From positions 1 to 64,000 of the IMG/VR virus record IMGVR_UViG_3300020447_000001: DNA of 64,000 nucleotides; one strand, given 5' to 3'. This document shows positions 1 through 9,700 of this stretch, piece by piece. Below the pieces are notes generated by a model. The model saw only the letters and a list, made by a program, of their open reading frames with translations. It made no database searches and was not told the origin of the DNA. How positions within the stretch are numbered: position 1 is the first letter of the stretch; every line of letters starts with the position of its first letter. Source of the DNA: a virus. Both the position numbers and the translations under genes were made by a program.

Positions 1-1698
1 TTAGCAAAAAATGACCGGTTTACTGTTCCTGTAACTGGCGTAAAAGACGCCGCTATTCAGACTATTGAACTTGCGGATGATATTGATCCTCTTGTCGACC
101 CAGACGCTTCTGGGGGAGATGAGGTCGGTATCGAGCTGTATATTCGTGAGGCCACGTTGGAAATTCCTCAAAACATTTTAGGAAGCGCTCCAAACACTAA
201 CTGGCAACAGTCTACGACTGAAATTACGCTTTCAAGTAATATTCTGGCGTATGATGATACTTATACTGATGGTGGTGTTCCAGTTGCGATACCAGTATAT
301 AGTTGTGCCAGTTGCTACTACGGTAAAACGTATGTAACGTATCGAGCATGGCTGGCTGATAAAGCTCACTCCGTTTTCAGCATTAGTGATGTTGGCGATA
401 TCGACGACATTTCTGGCACATTGACACCAGATAATCCGTTGAAATGGGGAGTGTATAAAGCACTTGCTAATAGCAACAACACTCCTGTGCTTTACACTGC
501 TGTAGTAGAGCCTTCTGATGCAGACGATTGGGACGAAGTTTTGGACCTTACGCAAGCTCGCGACGATGTCCATGCCATGGTGCCTTTGACTCGTGATCCT
601 ACTGTCCTAGGTTTGTACCAAGGGCATGTCGGGGCAATGTCTACTGAATCGGCAGGTCTTTGGCGGACTGCTTGGTTTAACCTACAGGGCATCCCGGAAA
701 TTCCAATTGTTTCCACGGGATCAACTGTGCCAGGGCATACGCAAGCCACAACTAGTGATGGCGAAGAATGCTTGGCCGTATTTGAAGACGATCCTAACTC
801 TGTAACAGTAGAATATACGCTAGTTCGTAACGAAGCGGGCGGCGAATCTACTGTTAACGCTAAGTTCGAAACTAACGGTGTTCGACCGGGAGATATTGTT
901 CGTACGCTCTATGATCCTGACAATTTTGGTAACTATTCTTATCAGGAGTTTGTTGTTGATACGGTTCTATCGGAACAATCACTCTTGGTGAAAACAGGTC
1001 CGGATCAGGCAATTGAAACCGCAGCTAAGATTGAGATTTGGCGTACTTTAAATCTCACCGAAGAGGCGACGGAAATTGCTAAGGACGCGGGAGCTTACTA
1101 CGATCGTCGTATTATGGCTATTTGGCCTGACGAGATTGAGTCGTCTGGTACGATTCAAGCAGGTTATTACTTGTGTGCGGCGTTAGCTGGTCTTACGTCT
1201 GGCGTTTTGCCCCACCAGGGTCTGACACGATTAGGCGTTTCGACCTTCTCTGACGTTCAGCGTACAACGAGATTTAGTAAATCTCAGCTGGATACGATGG
1301 CTCTTTCCGGAGTTTGGATTGTTATGCAAGCTCCTGACGGGAATATCTTTACTCGTCATGCTGTCACCACTGGTAATTACTCTGACATTAATCAACGGGA
1401 AGAGATGCTTACCCGAAATGTCGACTCGATTAGTTATCGGTTTAAGGACTACTTCGAGCCGTTCATTGGTGTAACTAACGTTACTCCTAGTATGGAGGCG
1501 GTGCTTCGAGCCGGGATTAGTACCTTAATCCTTGTTTTGCAAACGGAGCGATTTACTGTCAATCTCGGCGGACAGCTTATTGATGCTGATCTTACGGAGT
1601 TCTCAGTGCATCCGATTTTCAAAGATCGCTATGTGGCGAAGTTGGAAATAGAAGTTCCGTACGCGTTAAATAACTTTGAAATCCACTTGATAGTATGA
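1..1698 (+). CDS. Contractile tail sheath protein (5'-truncated, C-terminal part)
   Basis: Frame +1 is open from base 1. The C-terminus (HAVTTG...EEMLTRNVDSISYRF...FIGVTNVT...EIEVPYALNNFEIHLIV) has the layout of a sheath C-terminal domain, and a tube-like gene follows directly. Confidence 0.85.
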   Translation, partial: LAKNDRFTVPVTGVKDAAIQTIELADDIDPLVDPDASGGDEVGIELYIREATLEIPQNILGSAPNTNWQQSTTEITLSSNILAYDDTYTDGGVPVAIPVYSCASCYYGKTYVTYRAWLADKAHSVFSISDVGDIDDISGTLTPDNPLKWGVYKALANSNNTPVLYTAVVEPSDADDWDEVLDLTQARDDVHAMVPLTRDPTVLGLYQGHVGAMSTESAGLWRTAWFNLQGIPEIPIVSTGSTVPGHTQATTSDGEECLAVFEDDPNSVTVEYTLVRNEAGGESTVNAKFETNGVRPGDIVRTLYDPDNFGNYSYQEFVVDTVLSEQSLLVKTGPDQAIETAAKIEIWRTLNLTEEATEIAKDAGAYYDRRIMAIWPDEIESSGTIQAGYYLCAALAGLTSGVLPHQGLTRLGVSTFSDVQRTTRFSKSQLDTMALSGVWIVMQAPDGNIFTRHAVTTGNYSDINQREEMLTRNVDSISYRFKDYFEPFIGVTNVTPSMEAVLRAGISTLILVLQTERFTVNLGGQLIDADLTEFSVHPIFKDRYVAKLEIEVPYALNNFEIHLIV

Positions 1699-1709
1699 TT
1701 TTAATGGGG

Positions 1710-1739
1710 ATTTCTGGGGGAGTAATTTCCCCCAGAAAT
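1710..1739 (+). terminator. Hairpin after sheath gene
   Basis: Perfect 12-bp inverted repeat atttctggggga / tcccccagaaat with a 6-nt loop, followed by a short T run. Confidence 0.55.
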
Positions 1740-1815
1740 TTTCCTCTCGCTTTGAGTATTATTAAGTTCAACCGTCGCGGGAATGAGTCCCCGACTTATT
1801 TAGGAGAATTTTAAT

Positions 1816-2328
1816 ATGGCAGATTCAGTGTTTACTAGCTCGGCTAATAGCGTGGCCGGAACATTTTCAGTTAATAATGGCGGCATGGCCGCTGGCTTAA
1901 ATGTTCCACTTGGTCTCGTTACTAATGTTGGCATTAACTATTCTCAGTCAATTAACCGCCTTTTTGATATGAATATGGATTTTAGACCTGCTAATAATTC
2001 ATCGCCTATGTATTATGTCGGAGGCAGGGCTCAGGGTAACGCCACCATCGGTAGAATTCTGGGACCAAAAGGTGACGCTGACGATTACTGCGCATTTTAC
2101 AAAGAGTACGGTAATGTTTGCGGAATCAACGAGTCGATTTTGTTCACGTTTAAAGCGGACGATGCTGAACGTCAACCGGGCGGAGCGGGATCAACATGTA
2201 ATAAACGTGATATGAAGTTTACTATTATTGATCCGCTTATGACTAACATTGGCATCACCCAAAACGCTAATGATGTAATCATTAACGAAAACGTGACTCT
2301 GATGTTTGCAGATTTGAAATGTGGATAA
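1816..2328 (+). CDS. Tail tube protein
   Basis: 170 aa, directly after the sheath, with RBS ggag. Contains the tube-like motif VGINYSQSINRLFD...YYVGGRAQG. Confidence 0.75.
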   Translation: MADSVFTSSANSVAGTFSVNNGGMAAGLNVPLGLVTNVGINYSQSINRLFDMNMDFRPANNSSPMYYVGGRAQGNATIGRILGPKGDADDYCAFYKEYGNVCGINESILFTFKADDAERQPGGAGSTCNKRDMKFTIIDPLMTNIGITQNANDVIINENVTLMFADLKCG

Positions 2329-2348
2329 TAGTACTAAAGCGAGAGCTT

Positions 2349-2365
2349 TAAATAGTACAATTTAA
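2349..2365 (+). promoter_or_regulatory. Conserved motif TAAATAGTACAATTTAA (candidate phage promoter)
   Basis: Identical 17-mer at 46468-46484 and a 15/17 match at 35019-35035; all three sit at gene junctions. Confidence 0.5.
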
Positions 2366-2371
2366 GCATTA

Positions 2372-2411
2372 AACCGGCCCCTGGCACCTGTTTTAGGGGC
2401 AGGGGCCGGTT
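2372..2411 (+). terminator. GC-rich hairpin after tube gene
   Basis: 12-bp arms aaccggcccctg / caggggccggtt followed by aattttg. Confidence 0.6.
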
Positions 2412-2449
2412 AATTTTGGGTAATTAATACCCATTAACCGCACCGAAAG

Positions 2450-5212
2450 GTGAGTATTATGAGCGATTCCAGCGTAGATCCTCCGCAATTTCAGACTAAC
2501 GATGTCTTAATTGACACTCGTGATCCGGCAACGACAGAGCAGGCCAGTAAATCTGAGCGAACTGTTGATCCCCGGCAGCGGAACGTAGCTACAGCTTCTG
2601 ATCCTCTTGGTACGGGTTCTACTTTCCGTACCGCTTTTCAAGATACCGTCTTCTTTGTCGGTAAAGTAGTGGCTGCAATCCCGTATCTGCATCATTACAA
2701 AGTGCAGGTAGCAGGAGGCCCTACCGTTGAAGCTATTTTGCTGGGTAATTCTTCTTCTGTTTCAGTAGGTGCTAGATCAGCTACGTTACTTCCCCCAGGC
2801 TCGCATGTTTGTGTTTATAAGCCGCCGGGTTATGCTCTGCACATTATCCTAGGTTGTATGCCTGCTTTAAGCACTAACGATAAATATAATGTTGCACAGA
2901 TATTGCAGCTAGGTAGTAACAGTCAAGTAAGGTCTCAAGACGGTTATCGTCAACTTACAAAGCTTAAGAATAACGGGGGAATTAACCATTTCGGCGCTGG
3001 TCGACCGTTAGACGGAAATGCGTTTGAGCATAGTATTGTCACAGAGACAGGGGTCAGTCTTTTAATAGATTCGTATCAGGCTGCGTTAAGCATCAACGAA
3101 AGTTGCGGCATATTTTTAAACTGGTGGGATAGCCACACGAGGATATCGGGGCAGCAACTTGACATTCAGTCGTACGCAGACCATATCATGCAGCGATACG
3201 ATGAAGGCGAAAACTTATACGTTCGCGGTGGAATTACATACCCGTGGGAAGCTACGGGTTATTACAAACACGGAGAAGACTTTACTAAAGAGAATAAAGC
3301 AAGTGATTATCAAACTAAGAAGGATAAACCTTTTGGGTTCTACGATTTGAAGGAGGGTGAGTTTGATTTAGCGCCTATTTATCGTTACATGGAATATGGA
3401 GGTTATTTAGGTCAAGGGTATACTCGCATGCTCATGAAGCCTGCGAAAGAAGACGGTAAACGTCAATTCTCAAAATCAGACGATCCTGACTATGGTTTAT
3501 GGCAAGAATCTATTGCTCTAGATGGTAGTTACACGATGCGGTCGGCTAAGAGTGTTTACATCGGTAAATACATTCTTATTCCGATTCCAAAACGTGAAAA
3601 AACACCAGAAGATCAAAAAGACAGCGATGACGCTAGGGAAGATAACTACAAATTCAGCGGTGAGTTCGGCGGTGGCGATGAGCATAAGGTAAAGGATGTT
3701 AAAGCAGAGGGCGACGACGCCCATTTACGTCGTGTTAGCGGTGTTCTTGACCTGTTGACTTACAATTACAACTGGAAGAACACTCACCCGTTTTTTTATC
3801 ACAAGAAGGACTATAAATTTTTCGAGGAGAGCGATTTAGACAAGATGTCGAAAGCGCAAGTCAGTTTAAATTACGGTAGTCCGCAGAAATACGGGTATTT
3901 GAAGGAACCTGAAAACAAACAGCTTAAGATAGACGACCGTTATAACCAAGTTAAGTACTATCAAAGCATGTCTTATCTTACATTTCTGGAAGATGGGGGT
4001 GTTGCGTTAGGCGATGGTTACGGATCGCAGATTTCAATGACAGGCGGCAAGATGCGCTTAGAAGCACCGCTCGACATTATGATATTGCCTGGAGCTCGGT
4101 GTGTCACATTATGTGACGAGGCGTATATTCGCGCAAAGAATAACATTGAATTTTCTACCTCAGAGAAAGACATTCGATTTAAGGCCGAAAAGAACATGCA
4201 GTTCTTAGCTGGCAATAGTGGTTCGGGAGGGATGTTATTTGAGTCTAACTCTTCTGGCTCTGCTCAGGTTTACCAAGACCTCTATGGTGAGCAGGTTTAT
4301 GCAAGCGGAATAGTTTTCTTGGCTAAAAAGTCGGATATCGGGGTCTTGTCAAAAAATGTCTATATACGTAGTGGTGCGGCGGAACAAAAGGGAAGTATTA
4401 CGTTAGATTCCGCACAGGGCGAAGAGGATTTAGTTTGTTATTCTCGTATGACAAATATGTTTAACAGCAAAGGCGTAAACATCTGGCATTCACCTCAAGG
4501 CGAAGAAGGCGGAACTTTTGATGCCAGCCACCGCTTTGCAAAAGACTGTAGTATGATTTCCGGGCATGTTCTTATTGATAAATGGATGATCAGTAGGAAA
4601 GGCGGCCTTATAACCGAAAAGACGATAGGCGCTAATGCTAGTATCATCGCAATAAAGAAAATGGCGCAACAAGGCGGTGGGATGGTTGGCGATAGTAAAG
4701 ACGCAGCGGGTGATATTATAAAAGCTATACAAATGTGCGACACGGGAATGAATACACACAAAGATATGGGAGAACCTATATGGAAAGCAGTGTTAAAACA
4801 GAAGTGGTATCAAAGTCCCATGTTTTTAGGCAACAAAGAGTTGATTACAAAGTATCTAGGGTTTTCTTTTAATGACCGTAAGTCCGGCCCAGGTTTTAAT
4901 CTTGATGCGCAATGGGGCTTAATGGAATCAAGGTGGCAACAGTACGTTCGTTTAAAGCTTGCTAGTGGTGGTACGCAATGGACAGAAAAGAAAGTTATGT
5001 ATCAGGGCTCTGAGCTTTATCCATTCCCAGGCAAAAAACTATGGAAACAAGATACAAAATTCGTGGAGCTGGAGAAATTAAATTTGTTTGATAAGGACAA
5101 AAAACACGCTAAAGACAGAGAGTCCTCAAAGGACAAATACGAAGAACCAGAGTTAGGAGAGTTCAAAGAGAAGGTAGCGGACGGTAATTACAAAATAAAC
5201 AGTTCAAGTTAA
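2450..5212 (+). CDS. Baseplate central spike (gp5/GpV/VgrG-like: OB-fold plus beta-helix region)
   Basis: N-terminal OB-fold-like GKVVAAIPYLHHYKVQV...LPPGSHVCVY; later short-strand repeats (KMRLEAP..AYIRAKNNIEFST..IRFKAEKNMQFLAG) typical of spike beta-helices. Confidence 0.65.
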   Translation: MSIMSDSSVDPPQFQTNDVLIDTRDPATTEQASKSERTVDPRQRNVATASDPLGTGSTFRTAFQDTVFFVGKVVAAIPYLHHYKVQVAGGPTVEAILLGNSSSVSVGARSATLLPPGSHVCVYKPPGYALHIILGCMPALSTNDKYNVAQILQLGSNSQVRSQDGYRQLTKLKNNGGINHFGAGRPLDGNAFEHSIVTETGVSLLIDSYQAALSINESCGIFLNWWDSHTRISGQQLDIQSYADHIMQRYDEGENLYVRGGITYPWEATGYYKHGEDFTKENKASDYQTKKDKPFGFYDLKEGEFDLAPIYRYMEYGGYLGQGYTRMLMKPAKEDGKRQFSKSDDPDYGLWQESIALDGSYTMRSAKSVYIGKYILIPIPKREKTPEDQKDSDDAREDNYKFSGEFGGGDEHKVKDVKAEGDDAHLRRVSGVLDLLTYNYNWKNTHPFFYHKKDYKFFEESDLDKMSKAQVSLNYGSPQKYGYLKEPENKQLKIDDRYNQVKYYQSMSYLTFLEDGGVALGDGYGSQISMTGGKMRLEAPLDIMILPGARCVTLCDEAYIRAKNNIEFSTSEKDIRFKAEKNMQFLAGNSGSGGMLFESNSSGSAQVYQDLYGEQVYASGIVFLAKKSDIGVLSKNVYIRSGAAEQKGSITLDSAQGEEDLVCYSRMTNMFNSKGVNIWHSPQGEEGGTFDASHRFAKDCSMISGHVLIDKWMISRKGGLITEKTIGANASIIAIKKMAQQGGGMVGDSKDAAGDIIKAIQMCDTGMNTHKDMGEPIWKAVLKQKWYQSPMFLGNKELITKYLGFSFNDRKSGPGFNLDAQWGLMESRWQQYVRLKLASGGTQWTEKKVMYQGSELYPFPGKKLWKQDTKFVELEKLNLFDKDKKHAKDRESSKDKYEEPELGEFKEKVADGNYKINSSS

Positions 5213-5231
5213 TTTTTCAGGAGAAGGTTAG

Positions 5232-6188
5232 ATGGTCGACGAGAACTATAAAGCAGATAGCCCTGAGTTAGAGCTAAATGCAAACATCGATGAGTCGAAA
5301 CTTACTGATGATGAGCGCAAGATGTTAGCAGATTTAAAGACTTCCAGAGCTGAAAAAGGAATTCAGCCGCCAGCAATGGCAGACGTTCAGATGGAAGATT
5401 CAATTGTAAGACAGTCTGAGCCTACAACAACAATAATGGAACCTGCGTCACCGGAGAAAGTCGCAGAAAACATATCGTCTCCTTTTCCTACAACAGCTAA
5501 AATAGGTCCGGAGGCGATAGATGCTGCTCCTCCGCCTTCCTCAGCAGAAGCTTCTCCTTTACTAAAGTCGGAAGAGGAGGGGGATGACGCAGAAGTTGAT
5601 GCTGGAACAGAGGCGTATTTAGAAAGTTGCCCGCATTGTGGGTGGGATTTAGCTCAGCCAACAATAGTGGATCCTACGCCTGACGAAAAGATGGGCTTTT
5701 TACATAGTGTATTGGGGCAGAAAACTTTTATTCAACAGTATGATTTATTCGGCGGCAAAGTTGTTGTTCGGTTTAGAACGTTGACCACTAAAGAAATGGA
5801 TGTGATATACAATTTTGTTTTTAAACAACGAGAAACGGGTGTTATCACAACTATTCAAGATTACTGGGAAAAAGTAAATCGCTACAGATTATATTTACAG
5901 TTAGTCCATTTGTCGGCTACTGACGGTAGTTTTACCCATACACTTCCAGAGTCATATAGTCGTGAAACAAACTCATACGCTACTGATTTTTGGCAGTTTC
6001 CGGCTTATGACCCGGAAATGGGTTATTTAGAACAAATCGAAGAGAAGGTACTGACAGAAGTATTAAGAACGGAAACGATACAACGAACGATTTCAACATA
6101 TTGTGCGAGATTTAATCGGTTAGTCTCTAAATTGGAGGTAATGATAGATAGCTCGGATTTTTGGAACGAGACAGAGCAGCAGTCCTAA
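5232..6188 (+). CDS. Putative tail assembly chaperone (G-like)
   Basis: Upstream of the tape measure gene; acidic disordered N-terminus, then a VVVRFRTLTTKE core; ends just past a G_GAT_TTT slippery site. Confidence 0.6.
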   Translation: MVDENYKADSPELELNANIDESKLTDDERKMLADLKTSRAEKGIQPPAMADVQMEDSIVRQSEPTTTIMEPASPEKVAENISSPFPTTAKIGPEAIDAAPPPSSAEASPLLKSEEEGDDAEVDAGTEAYLESCPHCGWDLAQPTIVDPTPDEKMGFLHSVLGQKTFIQQYDLFGGKVVVRFRTLTTKEMDVIYNFVFKQRETGVITTIQDYWEKVNRYRLYLQLVHLSATDGSFTHTLPESYSRETNSYATDFWQFPAYDPEMGYLEQIEEKVLTEVLRTETIQRTISTYCARFNRLVSKLEVMIDSSDFWNETEQQS

Positions 6189-6700
6189 CGGTTCGGTCGG
6201 CTGCAAACGGTATTATTAACTACCAAGAAGCCGACATAATGGATCGAGGGTGGTGGCGTCGATGGCGGATATTATTAAACGCATTGTCGTCGCAAGAGGA
6301 TAGAGAGTTGTTAGATAAGCTTTATTCTTACCACCTGGCTCTTGTCTCGAATTCAGGACTGACGCAAGACAGTTTTAAATCCACACAAAAAAGTGCGAAA
6401 GATAACTTTGAAGAAATATCAGTATCTATGCGTCCTTGGACAGGTCGTAGTGCTGAGGAGAAGTTAAGTCAGGAGAAGGAGCAAATAGAAGCAGATTGGA
6501 AATACTACTTTGGTTGGGATATGAACGATCCTGATGAAGTAGATAAGTATGTTAAAAAACGAGAAGAAATAGCAAAAGAGCATGTCGAAGCGGAGGCACG
6601 GAGAGCCTCTGAAAACTTTGAGGGCGAGACTAGGATGATTGCTACGCAGGAACGAGTACGTCAACGTAGAGCTAGTGCGTACCAGTCTAGCCGGAAATAA
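6161..6700 (+). CDS. Putative tail chaperone extension (T-like, -1 frame of upstream gene)
   Basis: -1 frame relative to 5232..6188. The frame opens at 6152 just before the slippery heptamer; only a TTG start lacking a well-spaced RBS. Abuts the tape measure gene. Confidence 0.6.
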   Translation: MERDRAAVLTVRSAANGIINYQEADIMDRGWWRRWRILLNALSSQEDRELLDKLYSYHLALVSNSGLTQDSFKSTQKSAKDNFEEISVSMRPWTGRSAEEKLSQEKEQIEADWKYYFGWDMNDPDEVDKYVKKREEIAKEHVEAEARRASENFEGETRMIATQERVRQRRASAYQSSRK

Positions 6701-9700
6701 TTGCAAGGAAGCAATATTGTGCAGAATCCGTACCAGCAACAAATGATGCCATGGAATATGGGTTTTCAGAATCCATATAGCCCTAATCAAGGGCAAGATC
6801 TTATGCTGTTGCAGCAATTGTCACAAGGATTTTCTCCTGTGATGACAATGCCTCAGCAGCAAATGCGAACAGGATTCGAACAGTTACCGGGTTTTAACAG
6901 CCCCGGTTTAACAGGTTTCGCTCTTAATCAGTTTGTTGCTCCAATGTTGCAGCAACAAATGTCTCGTCAGGGGATGGTTCCAGGAGGAATGTCTTCTCAA
7001 AACATGCTGGACTATATGCAAAACCAGCAATTTCAAACCCAACAACAAGATATGCTGCGTCGTGTCGCAGGAGACACTACACAAGCGGGCGTAGTGGATT
7101 TCTTTCGCGGTGCTGCTGAGATGTCTGGTCGTGAGTTTGATGCTCCTCAGCGTTCCGCTGCTCGTCAGGTGGGCTCTATGGCGGCTACGTTTGCCCCGTT
7201 GTTGGCGCAAATCATGCCAGAGCAGTTGGACGCCATGTCAGGCCGCAAGGGCTCAGCGGTCGTTATGGCTCAAAGGATGAGCAACACTAACCGATTTAGA
7301 GTAGACCCTGTCACAGGACTTATGGGTTATGACCCAGAGTCGACTGAACAGCAATTTCGTTCGTTGTTCGATGAGATGTATTCCGACCAAAACATGGCTA
7401 ACATGCGCGGTGTGCGTGCTGGCGAGGTCGGAGGTATGTATCAAGAGCTTTCCAAGCGTGGAATGATTGCCCGAGATTCTCGGCCTACGCATTTACGCAC
7501 AGCAGAAGCAGCGTCGAATGTTTGGGCTACAGGAGGAACTGAAGCACAAAATCGTATTCGGGATGTATTGGGCGATGATGCTCCTATGACTGAGGGAGGC
7601 GGCATCGATTTTAGTAAGTTATCTCCGGACCAAATGACTAAGTTACGTAATCAGACAGATGTTTCTACGCAGTTGCGATCTTTCGATTCTGACAAGATTA
7701 AAGGGTCGTTAGAGGGTTATGTCGATATTGTCAGCACCATGAAGGAGATTTTTGGTGAAGCTGGCCAAGCAAACGCTCCAATGTCTAAGTTGATTGCTAG
7801 CCTAGAGACACTTACTCAAGGCGGTTTGACCCAAGTCAATCCTGGTCGCTTGAATGAGATGGTACGTACAACTACGCAATTGGCACAGACGTCAGGAATG
7901 TCAATTGACGCTGCGTTAATGTTGCAACAGCACTCAGCAGGTGCACTGCAAAATCGCGGTATGAACCCGATAATGGCGATGCAGATTACACAAGGAGGTT
8001 TAGCTTTTGGTCAGGCTATGGGCGCGCAAGGTGCATTTGCAAATCCTGCTTGGGGCCTAGGCAATATGGATCAAAACCGGCAGCTAGATGTAAATTTACG
8101 AGCTAATGCAGCCGCGAGTCCGTTAGTTAACGCAATGGGGGCTGTTACGCGAGCTGGGCAAGAAGCCGGAGGCTATGACGAGGGCTCGGAAGCTTACGCA
8201 TTAGACGCAGCGATTAAAGCTGGTCGTACTTCTTATGTGAATCCAGCTACGGGCAAGACAGTACAACTTAGCGGTTTAACCCCTGCTGGAATGATGGATA
8301 TCATGGCAGCAGGAAATGAAGACATAAGCCGACAGCAGGCTCGTCAATATGTTAACCAAACAGCGGCTAATCAAGAAAGCATCTTTGAGCATGATACAGC
8401 TAATCTTGGCCGACAGTTGCAAGGCGCTCAGATCGGTAGAAACTTATATGAACGTACAGCTCGTAATACGGCAAGAAGTTTCCTTACTGCGGAAGGTTTA
8501 GATGCAGGGATGGCGGATGATATCGGTGTTGCGGTTAGCGGTGCTATGCAGGGTATGACAGCAGAAGAACGGACAAATAAGGAAAAGCGTACGCAAATAA
8601 TGGCTGACGCCATTATGGAATCTAGCGGAGGAGCAATATCTGAGCAAGATGCTCGCATTCAGGCTGGGTTGATGTGGGGGAATATGGAGGAAAGGGTTAG
8701 CGGGCGATTTTCCGACCCACGTTACAGGGGTTACGGAAGTATGCAAAATCTTATGCTTCAGCAGGACCGATCAACTCAATCGTTGTCAGTGTTACAGAGG
8801 AAAATGGGGAAAGTTGACGCAAGAACTAAGAACGCTTTGGGAGGTCTTACGGGCGGATCTTGGATGGGTAAGTTGGTGGGAGCGGTGCAAGACGCAAAAG
8901 AAGGTGGAGAGGGAGCAGCAATTTCAGACGTTTTGGGCAAGGCTGTTGGCGGCGTACGTGCAGAAGAAATAAGGGAGTTGATGGAACCTGAGCTTGTTTC
9001 GTTAAATGCAAGTAGAGAAAAAGTTAAAACCTTAACACAAGAGTTGCAAAATTCAGAGGAAGGGCCAAATAGAGACCGCATTGAACAAGAATTAAACGAA
9101 GAGCAAGCTTTGCTGGAGAGTAAATCGAATGAGTTAAGGACCATGGCAGAAGAAAATGGTTTGCTTGATCAAGAAGCTGCGTTAGATCTTACTGATATTC
9201 AAGAGCAGGAAGAGGCGCAAGCAGTAGTTGCAGATAATCGCCGAAAGGTTCTCACCTTAGATCCAGACGACCCAGACTCAAGAACATTAGATCCTGGAAA
9301 TGCAGAAGACCGGAAAATTATCGAAGGACGTATGGAGATGTTAGAGGCGGGTGGGGGTGGCGCTACCATGCGTCGCGCTGAAAAGGAACTCCGCGCAAAA
9401 AATAGAGAGTTACTTGAAGGAGCGGCACTTGATCCTCGTTTTATGAAAAGGGCAGGCGGTCGCGGTCTTCGAGCTATACAAGAGATGGAAGCGGCAATGC
9501 GAACGCAGACACGTTTATCTTCTTATTTTGGGGGAGATGCTGCACGTCAAAGCACAGGCCTTGTAGACAAAGAAGGGCAGGCAGATCGACTTGAAAATTT
9601 AGTTTTAGCAGAAGAAAGGTCCTTGTTTGATAAAGAGGGGCAGCTTGATCCTAGATTTAAAGGCACAGACGTTGAAGGTTTAACACGTTCTGAGGTTATG

